NCBI GenBank assembly: GCA_963706325.1
Contig: CAVPLT010000007.1
Location: 288,001-352,000, forward strand
Direction of reading: 5' to 3'
Length of the DNA: 64,000 nucleotides
Source of the DNA: an uncultured Nitrospiraceae bacterium
GTDB taxonomy: Bacteria; Nitrospirota; Nitrospiria; Nitrospirales; Nitrospiraceae
Shown here: piece after piece, positions 19,442 to 30,749 of the stretch
Position numbering within the stretch: the stretch's first letter is position 1
Layout of the letters: each line of letters starts with the position of its first letter
Program-made: the position numbers and the translations under genes
The notes under the pieces: model-generated
What the model was told of the DNA's origin: nothing
Seen by the model: the letters and a program-made list of their open reading frames with translations, nothing else
Databases searched by the model: none

Positions 19442-20233
19442 TTACCGCAACCCTTCGACGAAGCCTTTTACCAGATCATTAAACACATCCGGCTCTTCTA
19501 GATTACTGAGGTGGCCGGCGCAAGGGATAACCGCCAGCTGGGAGCCGGGGATTTCTTTCGCCATCAATTGGGAATCGACCATCGGCGTCGTGGTGTCTTC
19601 CTGGCCGATCAGGACAAGAGCGGGGCAGCTGATGGCGCGGAGGAAAGGCACGGCATCGGATCGTGCAGCCATGGCCATCAAATCGACGACGATGCCACTG
19701 ACCGGCGCGGCGAGGATCATCTCGCGAACATGCCTGACGAGATCCTCTTTGGTCTGTAGCGATGTGGGCCCAAGCAATTTGGGCAGCATGATGTCAGCGA
19801 CCGCCTCGCCCCCCTGCTTGAAGGCCGTTTGCGCCAGATGAAATCGCGCTGTTCGGCCGGCCGGGCTATCAGCGTGTGCGCGGGTATTAGCCAGCACGAG
19901 CGCTTTCAATCGGTCTCCATATTTCCGCGCAAAGGCAAAGCTCACATAGCCTCCCATCGATAGGCCCACCAAGACTGCCCGCGGAATGGCTAGATGATCC
20001 AGCAAAGCGCACACATCGTCGGCATAATGGTCGAGTGAGAAGGCCCAGAGAGGCGCATCGGACTCGCCATGCCCGCGAAGGTCGATTGTGATGGTGCGGA
20101 ATTGCCTGGACAAGCCGGTCACCTGCGGCGTCCACATCAAACGATTCAGGGGGAAAGCGTGAAGAAAGACGAGCGGCACACCTGTGCCTTGGTCGTCATA
20201 GGCCAAGCGAAGGTCCTGCGTATGAAAAAACAT
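19442..20233 (-). CDS. Alpha/beta hydrolase (PcaD-like)
   Basis: LHAFP, DLRGHG, GLSMGG nucleophile elbow, AGHLSNLE. Confidence 0.9.
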   Translation of the reverse strand: MFFHTQDLRLAYDDQGTGVPLVFLHAFPLNRLMWTPQVTGLSRQFRTITIDLRGHGESDAPLWAFSLDHYADDVCALLDHLAIPRAVLVGLSMGGYVSFAFARKYGDRLKALVLANTRAHADSPAGRTARFHLAQTAFKQGGEAVADIMLPKLLGPTSLQTKEDLVRHVREMILAAPVSGIVVDLMAMAARSDAVPFLRAISCPALVLIGQEDTTTPMVDSQLMAKEIPGSQLAVIPCAGHLSNLEEPDVFNDLVKGFVEGLR

Positions 20234-20378
20234 CGGTGGCCCTCTGTGAGTAAATGGTACCAGGGTCGTACCATTGCCCAGGTAGCGAATCAAGAGGATC
20301 GTCAAGGAGTCGACAGCCGTTTGCGCGGTTCACACGCGACGGATAAAATGCAGGATATTCTTGGGAGAGACCGACACG

Positions 20379-21668
20379 ATGTCAACTGATGAACCAACAG
20401 GAGATTTGTTTGCGCCACCCCAGGATTCGACCCGTCCCGGGAAAGTTCCCCTCGCGGAGCGAATGCGTCCACGAGATTTTGATGATCTGGTGGGACAGGA
20501 TGAGGTCGTGGGACCAGGCCGTCCGCTGAGAAATGCGATTGAGCGCGATGAGCTCTCTTCCGTCATTTTCTGGGGGCCGCCTGGATGTGGCAAAACCACA
20601 TTGGCTGGCCTGGTTGCGCACTATACTGAGTCTCAGTTCGTCCCGTTTTCCGCCGTGACCGGCGGCATCCCGGAGCTGCGGGCGATTATCAAGGCTGCGG
20701 AACAGCGGCGTGCGATGGGACGAGCGACCACGCTTTTCGTTGACGAAATTCATCGATTCAATAAAGCGCAGCAGGATGCGTTTCTCCCGCATGTCGAGCG
20801 GGGAACGGTGGTGCTTATTGGGGCGACGACGGAAAATCCTTCGTTTGAATTGATCGCCCCCTTGCTCTCACGATCGCTCGTGGTGATCTTGCAGCCTCTC
20901 ACTGAAGAAGCCCTCGGCTTGATCATCGACCGCGCGGTTGCTGATGGGGAACGAGGTCTTGGCTCCCTCCGAATCGTGTTGCGTCCGGCGGCGCGCGAAA
21001 GATTGATCGCTTTTGGAAACGGCGATGCCAGGAGTCTTTTAATGGCGCTGGAGTTCGTCGCCGGCCAGGCCCCCATCGGACAGGATGGGACAAGAATAAT
21101 TGATGAACAGGTGCTGGAAGCCGCGTTGCTTCGGAAGTCGCTTCGATATGACAAGGCTGGAGAGGAGCATTACACTCTCATATCGGCCTATATCAAGAGC
21201 CTGCGCGATTCCGATCCGGACGGCGCGCTCTATTGGTTGGCGCGTATGCTGGAGGGCGGTGAAACCCCTCGTTTTATTGCACGACGTATGGTCATTTTCG
21301 CATCGGAGGATATCGGCAATGCCGATCCACTTGCCCTGGTCTTCGCCAATGCCGTTGCGCAGGCGGTGGAATTCGTGGGGTTTCCTGAAGCGCAGATCAA
21401 TTTGGCCCATGGCACGACCTATTTAGCCTCTCGGCCTAAGGATAATGCGTCGTATGTTGGACTGCAAGAAGCCGTTCAGGATGCGCGCCGGCACGGCAAT
21501 CTTGGAGTGCCGCTGCACTTGCGCAACGCGGTCACGTCGCTGATGAAAGAGATCGGCTATGGCAAAGGATATCGCTACGTGCATGATGATCCGGCGGCCA
21601 AGACCGATCAGGGCCATCTTCCCGTTCCTCTCCAGGGCAAGCGGTACTATCGTCCTCGAACCCCATAG
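20379..21668 (+). CDS. rarA: Replication-associated recombination protein A
   Basis: PLAERMRP, WGPPGCGKTT, DEIHRFNKAQQD, ATTENPSF, SEDIGNADP, VPLHLRNA. Confidence 0.95.
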   Translation: MSTDEPTGDLFAPPQDSTRPGKVPLAERMRPRDFDDLVGQDEVVGPGRPLRNAIERDELSSVIFWGPPGCGKTTLAGLVAHYTESQFVPFSAVTGGIPELRAIIKAAEQRRAMGRATTLFVDEIHRFNKAQQDAFLPHVERGTVVLIGATTENPSFELIAPLLSRSLVVILQPLTEEALGLIIDRAVADGERGLGSLRIVLRPAARERLIAFGNGDARSLLMALEFVAGQAPIGQDGTRIIDEQVLEAALLRKSLRYDKAGEEHYTLISAYIKSLRDSDPDGALYWLARMLEGGETPRFIARRMVIFASEDIGNADPLALVFANAVAQAVEFVGFPEAQINLAHGTTYLASRPKDNASYVGLQEAVQDARRHGNLGVPLHLRNAVTSLMKEIGYGKGYRYVHDDPAAKTDQGHLPVPLQGKRYYRPRTP

Positions 21669-21729
21669 TTTGAGAAGAAAGGGGCTGGACAAACATGGTG
21701 ATACCGTTATACTTAGGACCGAGGGAACT

Positions 21730-22107
21730 ATGGCGCGTCGATCTGATACACCTGAAACTATCAATGAACGGCGGAAGTATGTCCGGGCCACGCTGGTTGG
21801 CTCAGCCTTAGTTTCGCCGCAGAGCGGAGCGAAAGGATTCACGGCTGTGCTGAACAACGTCAACAAGATTGGAGCCGGACTCCATTCGAAGGAGACGCTG
21901 CCGATCGGCGCCAAGATTACCGTGTCGCTGGCGTTTCTGGATCCCGATCGCGTCGAGCAACAAGAGAAATTGAGCGCGACAGTCGCGTGGGCAAAGCCCT
22001 GGGAGAAGGGGATGTTGATTGGGGTGGTGTGGGATGACTTGGTGACGAAAGAGAAGAACCGCTGGTTGTACTATTATCTCGAAGAGACCCTCAAGTCCAC
22101 GGACTAG
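21730..22107 (+). CDS. PilZ-domain protein
   Basis: ERRKYVR (RxxxR) and NVNKIG (D/NxxxxG), VAW, GV; promoter-like TGGACA-16-TATACT at 21686-21713. Confidence 0.8.
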   Translation: MARRSDTPETINERRKYVRATLVGSALVSPQSGAKGFTAVLNNVNKIGAGLHSKETLPIGAKITVSLAFLDPDRVEQQEKLSATVAWAKPWEKGMLIGVVWDDLVTKEKNRWLYYYLEETLKSTD

Positions 22108-23945
22108 CCGGCGGCAGTCAGCTTCTCCCGCACCCCTTGCAGTTCTTCCGATAATGATTCCCAGCGCGCCGTGAGCCGCTCCAGTTCTTTCTTCCAACTT
22201 TCCTGCTCTCGCTGCAAATCACCCCACCGGCTGAACTCTTGGTACAGGGCCGGGTTGGTCAGTTCCTGTTCGCGAGCTTTGACTTTCGTTTCCATCGTCG
22301 CGATCTCGGCTTCCGCGCGGGACACTTGCTTCTCAAGGCGGGCCTGAGTTTTGGTCAGGTCTCGCCGCTCCCCGCCATCAGTCTTCGTTTGAACCTGTGA
22401 GGCCATGGCTTTCGTCGGGCCCGCCGACTTGCCGGCTTGCGCGGCGCTGAGTTCTGCGCTCGATTCTTTGATCGATTCGAACTCCTGCGCCTTCTTCCAG
22501 AGAAAGTATTCGTAATCCCCGAAGTAATTCTTCGCGTGGCCGTCGTCGACTTCGACCACCAGGGTGGCGACCCGGGTCAGAAAAGTCGGATCGTGGGAAA
22601 TGAAGACAATGGTGCCGGGGAAATCGGTCAGGGCATCGGTCAGCATATCCACCGAAGCGGGATCCAGGTGGTTGGTGGGCTCATCAAGCAGCAGGGTATT
22701 TGCCGGTTCCACGAGCATGCGGGCCAATGCCACACGGTTGCGCTCGCCGCCGCTCAAGGCCTTGATCGGTTTCTTCTGGTCGTCGCCGGAGAATAAAAAC
22801 GCCCCGGCAATGCCGCGCAGAAAATTCATTTCCGCGCGCGCGGATACCTCGGCTAAGGATTCCAAGATGGTATCTTCCGGATTCAAGGATTCCGCCTGAT
22901 GCTGGGCAAAGTAGTGAAGCGTGGCTCCGTGTCCCACGTGGCGTGACCCTTTTTCAAAAGGCAGCACGCCAGCCAGGATTTTGAGCAGAGTGCTCTTACC
23001 GGCGCCATTTTCCCCGACCAACGCCACCCGATGGCCGCGCTCCGCCGTAAAATCCAAAGAACGGTAGATGATTTTTTCGCCGTAGCTTTTTGCAACACCC
23101 TTGAGTTCCAGAACATGTCGGCCGCTCGCCGCAGGAAGGGGAAACTTAAAGCGCACGCGTTTGTTATCGCGCTGTCGTTCGATCAGTTTCACCTTGTCCA
23201 GTTGCTTGATTCGCGACTGCACCTGTTTGGCCTTGTTCGCCTGGTAGCGGAATCGATCGATAAAATTCTGAACGCGGGCCACTTCTTTGGTCTGCCGGTT
23301 CGCGGCGGACTCGATTTGGGCATCTCGGGCGGCACGCAATTCCTGAAACTTCGTATAGTTGCCTCGGAATTCCTGAATGGTTCGATCGCGCAGTTCCCAA
23401 ATATGCGTCGCGATGCCGTCCAGGAATTTTGTGTCGTGACTGATGACCAGGAGCGTCAGATTGGAATCGAGGAGAAACCGCTCAAACCAGCGTTGCGTCG
23501 GCTTGTCCAAGTGGTTGGTCGGTTCGTCCAGCATGAGGACGTCGGGATTCGACAGGAGCAAATGCGCCAAAGCAACCCGCATGCGGTATCCACCGGAGAG
23601 GTTCTCAATCGGTCGCGCGAAATCAGCTTCAGAAAAACCTAACCCGGAGAGAATACGTTCGGCCTCATGTTCCGGGTACAGGTCCCGGTGCGCAGCATCC
23701 AGCACCGTCTTCCCGACGATCGTTTCCAATTCCTGCGGAAGATAGCCGATGCGCAGTCTTGGGCGCTTACGGATGGAACCTTCGTCCGGAGATTCTTCGC
23801 CCAGAATCATGCGGAAGAGCGTCGTTTTGCCCACTCCGTTCGGTCCGACCAGTCCCACGCGGGCGCCGGGACGGAGATGCGCCGTGGCTCCGTCGAGCAG
23901 GACCTTTGTGGCAAATTGTTTATGTACGGATTCAAGCTGAAGCAT
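22104..23945 (-). CDS. ABC-F family ATP-binding protein
   Basis: Two ABC domains (GPNGVGKTT, GENGAGKST; LSGG; LDEPTNHLD twice), PtIM linker, C-terminal coiled coil, no TM segments. Confidence 0.95.
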   Translation of the reverse strand: MLQLESVHKQFATKVLLDGATAHLRPGARVGLVGPNGVGKTTLFRMILGEESPDEGSIRKRPRLRIGYLPQELETIVGKTVLDAAHRDLYPEHEAERILSGLGFSEADFARPIENLSGGYRMRVALAHLLLSNPDVLMLDEPTNHLDKPTQRWFERFLLDSNLTLLVISHDTKFLDGIATHIWELRDRTIQEFRGNYTKFQELRAARDAQIESAANRQTKEVARVQNFIDRFRYQANKAKQVQSRIKQLDKVKLIERQRDNKRVRFKFPLPAASGRHVLELKGVAKSYGEKIIYRSLDFTAERGHRVALVGENGAGKSTLLKILAGVLPFEKGSRHVGHGATLHYFAQHQAESLNPEDTILESLAEVSARAEMNFLRGIAGAFLFSGDDQKKPIKALSGGERNRVALARMLVEPANTLLLDEPTNHLDPASVDMLTDALTDFPGTIVFISHDPTFLTRVATLVVEVDDGHAKNYFGDYEYFLWKKAQEFESIKESSAELSAAQAGKSAGPTKAMASQVQTKTDGGERRDLTKTQARLEKQVSRAEAEIATMETKVKAREQELTNPALYQEFSRWGDLQREQESWKKELERLTARWESLSEELQGVREKLTAAG

Positions 23946-24094
23946 AGATCACTACTGTTTGATGTAAAGAGTGAAGCGTTCGGTGAGGTGTCCGCTGCGA
24001 TCTATCGACGCCCGTATTTGAACGGGTGAATAGTCAAGTATTTTCTGAGTGTATCCCCGAACACAATGGGAGTGTTCATCGAACAAGCGTGGTT

Positions 24095-24170
24095 TGGTGG
24101 AGCTGGCCGGGATTGAACCGGCGACCTCGTGAATGCCATTCACGCGCGCTCCCAACTGCGCCACAGCCCC
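24095..24170 (-). tRNA. tRNA-Ala(GGC)
   Basis: GGGGCTG..GTGAA-TGGCA-TTCAC..GGTTCAATCC..CAGCTCCACCA, 76 nt cloverleaf with G3:U70. Confidence 0.97.
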
Positions 24171-24237
24171 ACGCAAGCTTGCATTTACATGTGCACAAGC
24201 ACGGGAAAAATGAAAACCGCTGCAGACGTAACTCTGC

Positions 24238-24267
24238 AATCTAGCATGGCCGGTTTTTATCAGTCAA
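24238..24267 (-). promoter_or_regulatory. Sigma70-type promoter of tRNA-Ala
   Basis: Minus strand TTGACT-18 nt-TAGATT with TG extended -10. Confidence 0.55.
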
Positions 24268-24407
24268 GAAAAGGGTATGAGAAGGTGGAACCTATACGTC
24301 CTTCTTGCTCGCAGAGCGCGCACCCTTAGATGTGCTCGCTCGATACGCAGTGAAGGCCACATGGGATCGCGCCTTGGGGGAAGAGAACGGATGAGGTAAA
24401 ACCTTGC

Positions 24408-25840
<1,433 letters not shown>

Positions 25841-25958
25841 TAAGGTGTCGGATCTGTTCTTATGACGTACGCATCGTAGCGAACGAATAACCATCAATGG
25901 TATGATCCCCCTCCGTCACAACTCAGAATGTGACGATGTGCCGCACAAGTGTTCCGGA

Positions 25959-26034
25959 GAGTCGGTAGCTCAGCTGGTAGAGCATCGCCCTTTTAAGGCG
26001 AGGGTCCTGGGTTCGAATCCCAGCCGACTCACCA
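25959..26034 (+). tRNA. tRNA-Lys(TTT)
   Basis: GAGTCGG..TCGCC-CTTTTAA-GGCGA..GGTTCGAATCC..CCGACTCACCA, 76 nt. Confidence 0.97.
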
Positions 26035-26075
26035 TGAAATCAACGGGTTGTAAGTCAACCCTTCTCAATCCTGGC

Positions 26076-26099
26076 TATTTGTCCGTGTATTTGTCCGTG
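26076..26099 (+). repeat. Tandem 12-mer TATTTGTCCGTG x2, candidate integrase arm-type sites
   Basis: Exact direct repeat between the tRNA-Lys 3' end and the integrase stop. Confidence 0.6.
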
Positions 26100-26114
26100 T
26101 TCTCATCAGATAAG

Positions 26115-26465
26115 TCACAAAGCTGTGAGGTTCGACTGCTGGGGCAAGGTGGACAAATACTGCTCCAATCGCACCTGCGCGTCCTGAATATCTTCATCGC
26201 TCGTAATGTTGTACCGCTGAAAGACTTGGTCAGTCCGATGCCCAGATATCTTCTTTGCCACAGCGGTATCAATTCCCGCTCGAATGAGATTCCGCACGGC
26301 GGTTCGGCGGAGGTCGTGAAAGAGAAGCCCGGCGACGCCCGCCCTCGTGCAGGCGGTCTTCCAGGCCTTGCGGAATGACCCGATGGGCTTACCCTGCCGG
26401 TGGAAGATACACGGGGAGTCTAAGCGTCGGGATGAGAATCGGCGCGCGATAATCTCACGATACAT
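26115..26465 (-). pseudogene. Tyrosine recombinase/integrase, C-terminal fragment
   Basis: FHDLRRTAVRNL..SGHRT..VFQRY (HxxR, H, Y) present but only ~116 aa; points toward tRNA-Lys. Confidence 0.85.
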
Positions 26466-26570
26466 TCCTTCCAGTACGAGCTTGCGCGATCGTTTATTCT
26501 TGGTGTGAGTAAGCTCTGCATATCGCGCCTTTCTTGTGGCCGTGGAGTTTCGGGCTCTGCGGCCATTTTT

Positions 26571-26786
26571 TTATTTGCTCACCAGTTTTTCCTGTAACAC
26601 CGCCCTGATCTGGCCAACATTCCAAGCAGATGCCCGATCAAAATGCTTAATCGGTCTGGGCAAGCGGCCGGCTTTGACGCCCCGCCAGATCGTGGAAGCG
26701 CTGCACGCAAACAAAGCAGTGACGGTGGAAAGGCGAATAAACGCGCTGTTGGGTAAGGTGTCGAAGCTTTCGAGGGGGCTGGGCAT
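26571..26786 (-). CDS. AlpA-family phage regulator/excisionase
   Basis: FIRL..V..L..CS.STIWRGVK.GRLP.P..R.SAW; AGGAGG RBS. Confidence 0.85.
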   Translation of the reverse strand: MPSPLESFDTLPNSAFIRLSTVTALFACSASTIWRGVKAGRLPRPIKHFDRASAWNVGQIRAVLQEKLVSK

Positions 26787-27162
26787 CCGGGTCTTCCTCC
26801 TGTAGTGAAGGTTCGCCGGGTGCCTGAAATGAGAAAGGCCCAGCGATCCGCGTAAACACAGCAAGAACCTCTTGCATTGCTACGTCAGCTACGGCTGGGC
26901 CTTGGGAAGCGAATCCGGAGGCTGTAGGCCTACCTCGCCTGCCCTACGCTGTCAGCGTGGGCTACTTACGGCTGTCGTCTGACTGGACCTCTAAGTGAAG
27001 TCCAAGTGTGCCTATCCTGTGCCCGATTTCTCGACGTGTCAAGTCGCTCTGGTATGTGTCAGAACAAGGCAGCTTTCCGCCTTGACGCGAGGTAATATTC
27101 CGCCTGATCAGCAGTGTAGATCTCTTACTAGAAAATCCCGGCGGATGATGGGAAGTGCTCCA

Positions 27163-27537
27163 TCAACCCGAGCACGGCTGTCGTGGGAGCTTCAATTGTA
27201 AGGCAGCCACGAGCTCAGGATTCTCCTCGCGCCACTGTTGCCAACTTTCATCAGTTAGCTTCCACGCAATCCATTCCAGATGGTCTGACGAGGGAGTAAA
27301 CGGCTGGCCATTCGCCTTGCAGCGTGCGCATCGTTGTGGCCGTCGCGCACCCATAAAGAGATGGTTCCCGCAAAAGTACAGTCGCCATCCATACTCGCCT
27401 CCGTATGGTTGTCCACCGCACACATAAGCCAACCCACGATCGATCTCTTTCCCGCACCCTGGATGGTCGCAGTAGGCGGGTACTCCATGCCCGATATCGC
27501 GCTTCCACTTCTCGTCATACCCTAATGACCAGCCCAT
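27163..27537 (-). CDS. Phage-like cysteine-rich hypothetical protein
   Basis: CDHPGC..IDRGLAYVCGG..FC..CARC; AGGAGG RBS; lies among integrase remnants. Confidence 0.65.
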   Translation of the reverse strand: MGWSLGYDEKWKRDIGHGVPAYCDHPGCGKEIDRGLAYVCGGQPYGGEYGWRLYFCGNHLFMGARRPQRCARCKANGQPFTPSSDHLEWIAWKLTDESWQQWREENPELVAALQLKLPRQPCSG

Positions 27538-27659
27538 GACGTGTCCTCCTTCGTGGTTACATCACCCAGGCCACTCCATGTCGTCCTGCTTACGTGACAC
27601 TCCACCGTGGTTTCAGCTATCCTCATCCCGTTATCCAACCAAATCCGGAAGGTCGGGAC

Positions 27660-27881
27660 GTGAAACAGTGGTTGGCCGGGCTTCGCGTCATGCTAAACAT
27701 CGTTGGCGGTGTTTGTTTGGTCATTGCCGCGGTGATCTCCTTTGACGAATGCACAGGCGGTCAGATCCGTGGTTCAGATGACACGTATCATTATCTCTGG
27801 TTCATAGGATTCATCAGTGTAGGAATTGTGTGCATGCTGTTTGCAGGTTTGCTCTCTGATAAGCTGAAGGAATTTCCTTAG
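27660..27881 (+). CDS. Small two-TM membrane protein
   Basis: Two hydrophobic stretches; GTG start. Confidence 0.5.
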   Translation: MKQWLAGLRVMLNIVGGVCLVIAAVISFDECTGGQIRGSDDTYHYLWFIGFISVGIVCMLFAGLLSDKLKEFP

Positions 27882-27883
27882 CG

Positions 27884-28178
27884 CTATCCCGGCCACTCCA
27901 TCGCATCTCGGGAGTGGTAGCCAGTCGACGGGGCTGCAGCCAGCGGTACCGCCGCCTTCACCTCTGCCCGCCCACCCCGCATGACAAACTCACTATGCTC
28001 CTGCAATGCGGCCTGAACAGGCTCCATCATGCTTTGGGTGTAGACACCCGTATTCTGTAGAGAGGAGTGGTTGAGCACGCCCTTGGAGACCAGCGCCAAG
28101 TTTGTGCCCCGGTTGACTAGGTACGTCGCTGCAGTCCTTCTGAGGTCGTGCGGCCGGATATCTTCCATATTGACTCGG
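27884..28178 (-). pseudogene. Second tyrosine integrase C-terminal fragment
   Basis: IRPHDLRRTAATYL..VLNHSS..T.VY; 5' part missing. Confidence 0.8.
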
Positions 28179-28182
28179 AGAG

Positions 28183-28446
28183 GTGATTCAGCCGTACATC
28201 GGTGCCGGTCCTGCAGTGATCCATGCGAGGACGGACGAAGTAAGATCTGGCGGAACTCCTATTCTCACTTCCGGCTCTGCCACCAGTTTGGGCTTGTCGG
28301 GGGTCGGAGGGTTTAGGCTCAAGTTCTCGGAAGGGATAGGCGTATTTTTTGAGTATAAACACATTCGGGCCAACCTTGAATTCGGCAGCGTAGAGGGCAA
28401 TGCAGTGGTCCATGCGGGCGTCGGTGGAATAAACTTCACGTTTTAA
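28183..28446 (+). pseudogene. Outer-membrane beta-barrel protein, C-terminal fragment
   Basis: QPYIGAG..GVFFEYK..GGINFTF with terminal Phe; homologous to the end of 35551-36498; no N-terminus or signal peptide. Confidence 0.7.
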
Positions 28447-28573
28447 TGGTCAGCTTTAGTGATGCAGGTAGGCGTTCGTCATACTCGCGTAGATGCTGGC
28501 CAATAATCGCTCAGAAGGCAGTGGCCCGATGACGGTGGAGGCGTTGGTGGATGCCTTACGAATCGATACATTG

Positions 28574-29050
28574 CTACCGAATAGGGTCTAAAGGAAGCGG
28601 CGCTGGATCCTGAGGCGCGTACTCAATAACCTCTCGCGGAGCTTCTGCGGGGGCCCCCAGAAAGCGTATCGGCTTGTCGCCTTTTAGGTGCTGGGGCAGG
28701 ATGATGTACGTCCCGTACATGCTGGGACCCCAAATGTTTTTCGACGTTGCCAGACTGCCTCCAGAGAAGCAGTAAGCCAATCCTCCGACTACTCCGCCAC
28801 CGATAGCGAAAGCTAGCTTGAGCGGAAAATAGATCATGGTGGCGAGCGCCGAGCCGGCCTGAATGCCAACACCGGAGGGGCTGGTCTCGTCCGATGACAC
28901 AGGTATATTGGAGGCACGACTCGACGGTTGCGCGAAAACCGGCTCGGCAAGGATGCCGACGGAACACATGACGACCAAGCTCAGAATCATGGCGTGGGAC
29001 CAGAGGCTGCGTTCTCTTCCGTTGAGAAGCACATGGACAAATATAGTCAA
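28574..29050 (-). CDS. Exported/membrane hypothetical protein
   Basis: AGGAGG before TTG start, signal-like segment, YFPLKLAFAIGGGVVGGLAY. Confidence 0.7.
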   Translation of the reverse strand: MTIFVHVLLNGRERSLWSHAMILSLVVMCSVGILAEPVFAQPSSRASNIPVSSDETSPSGVGIQAGSALATMIYFPLKLAFAIGGGVVGGLAYCFSGGSLATSKNIWGPSMYGTYIILPQHLKGDKPIRFLGAPAEAPREVIEYAPQDPAPLPLDPIR

Positions 29051-29181
29051 ATTGGCTGCCTCCTTCAGGCTATGGCACTGTAAGGGAAAGAATCATTAAG
29101 GGTCCTCCGCGAAAGCCTAACCTTAGAATACCCAACAAGAGTAATCATCGGCAAAAGAGGAGGATTCGTGACGGCACACCT

Positions 29182-29955
29182 CTATTGGTTGATATGCGAG
29201 TGAGCATAGCGCAATGGATCTGGGGAGACCTTGATTAAACCGTCGAATGGCCCATCCATCTCCATTACCAAAAATATGGCGCTACTGACCGAAACGGCGC
29301 ACACGAACAGGACAGCGACAACGGTGCCATTTCGTGGGGCAAACACGCCAAAGCTCGTGAATGTAATCGTGAGCCAGAATACGAGGACAGAAAGGAATGG
29401 CAGAGGAACAGATGATTGGACGACGCCGAGGGCCGCGAGCCATCTAGCCTGCAATACCGTTTCAATCTGGTCTGAAGCACGGGACTGGGCAGCCCGCCGG
29501 GAATCATCGCGGGGCTTGAGAGCTCGAATTGCCTCAGCCACCTCTTCCACGGAAGCGAAGCCGGTTTTCATTAGCCCTGGCTCCGTATTGCTGGGTTCTG
29601 AGAGTCCATGTGACCAAATTGCGTCGATCCGTGCGGCGAGTAAATCTTTCATGCCCTGGCGAATCTCGTGGGTTTCAGGTCCGTAACGGGCGAGTGCCCG
29701 GTCCACAGCCAGGATGCTGATGGTCGCTTGTTTGACCGCTGCATTTCCTGAATCAAAGGCACTTTTGGCAGCGGCGGTGACGAGGCCAAGAACCAGCGCG
29801 GTCATTGTGGCGATCAGTCCGATGCCAACTTTCACCGTATCTTTCGATTCGGCATCGAGGTGGTCCTTTGGCAAAGTGGAACGGAGCCACATGCCCACGA
29901 GCACGCCCCCAAATACACAGGCGAATACCATGAGGCTGGTCGCTATAGGGCTCAC
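29182..29955 (-). CDS. DUF4239 / bestrophin-like membrane protein
   Basis: LPKDHL..KDTVK..IATMTALVLGLV, DRALARYGPE, EMDGPFDGLIKVS. Confidence 0.8.
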   Translation of the reverse strand: MSPIATSLMVFACVFGGVLVGMWLRSTLPKDHLDAESKDTVKVGIGLIATMTALVLGLVTAAAKSAFDSGNAAVKQATISILAVDRALARYGPETHEIRQGMKDLLAARIDAIWSHGLSEPSNTEPGLMKTGFASVEEVAEAIRALKPRDDSRRAAQSRASDQIETVLQARWLAALGVVQSSVPLPFLSVLVFWLTITFTSFGVFAPRNGTVVAVLFVCAVSVSSAIFLVMEMDGPFDGLIKVSPDPLRYAHSHINQ

Positions 29956-30087
29956 CTGTTGACCTCGTTGTCCTTCATCATTTCTTTTGAAAGGGCCCGA
30001 ACGATACCTCAGAATGCTCGAAAAAATCTACCGATACGAAGACGCGACGGTGGGTGTTCTGATCTCTTCAACAGGAATCCGAAGCGC

Positions 30088-30390
30088 CTATTGGAAATCG
30101 AGTTGGAGAAGGCCGGTGGCAGGCCGCGTTCGACTCTGACCATCGAGACATGGGGGAACGAGACAAGCCTGAACAGTTACTCGCACTGCAAGCATGTCCT
30201 TGTGGTAGGTGGCGAGGAGTTCGCCGAGGTCGATCAGCTGGGTGACTCGGGCTAGAACCTGGCGAGCCTGCTCGCTCGTCAGGCCTTCACGGTTGAAGGC
30301 GTCCAGGATCTGTTGAGTCACACGGTCAGAGACTTCAGTAGAGAGGGAACGAACGGGAAAGGGCTGGCCGTCTTGAGTGTCGGATGCCAT
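30088..30390 (-). CDS. Small hypothetical protein (paralogue of 45815-46090)
   Basis: QQILDAF.REGLTS.QARQVL.RV..LI motif shared with other ORFs in the window. Confidence 0.6.
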   Translation of the reverse strand: MASDTQDGQPFPVRSLSTEVSDRVTQQILDAFNREGLTSEQARQVLARVTQLIDLGELLATYHKDMLAVRVTVQACLVPPCLDGQSRTRPATGLLQLDFQ

Positions 30391-30401
30391 CTTGAGGGCC
30401 G

Positions 30402-30749
30402 TTAATTCGGTCGTGGGTTCGTGCGAGCCTGCTGGTCAATGATCGAGGACACGCGGCGAAGGAGCTCCTTCGATTCCGCTGGCTGTAAGCCGACCGCCTC
30501 AATGAGCGTGAGCACATGATCAATGAGATACTGCTCCTCCTTGGTATTGGCGGAAGGCCCCGGCACGATCACTTTGCCATTCCGTTCAGCATGACGCGTC
30601 CGAAGCTCCGCAATGAGGTCGTGCACTTCCTGCTTGGTACAGAGTCCCTTTCGCTCGAGCAACTCCACCAAGGCCTCCATCGCCCACATGTTGGCCAGCA
30701 CGCCTTCTTCCGTCGTGAACGTCTCTCTGGGATTCGAACGGTCGGTCAT
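30402..30749 (-). CDS. Small hypothetical protein
   Basis: EALVELLERKGL.TKQE helix, plus a C-terminal half related to 30088-30390. Confidence 0.65.
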   Translation of the reverse strand: MTDRSNPRETFTTEEGVLANMWAMEALVELLERKGLCTKQEVHDLIAELRTRHAERNGKVIVPGPSANTKEEQYLIDHVLTLIEAVGLQPAESKELLRRVSSIIDQQARTNPRPN

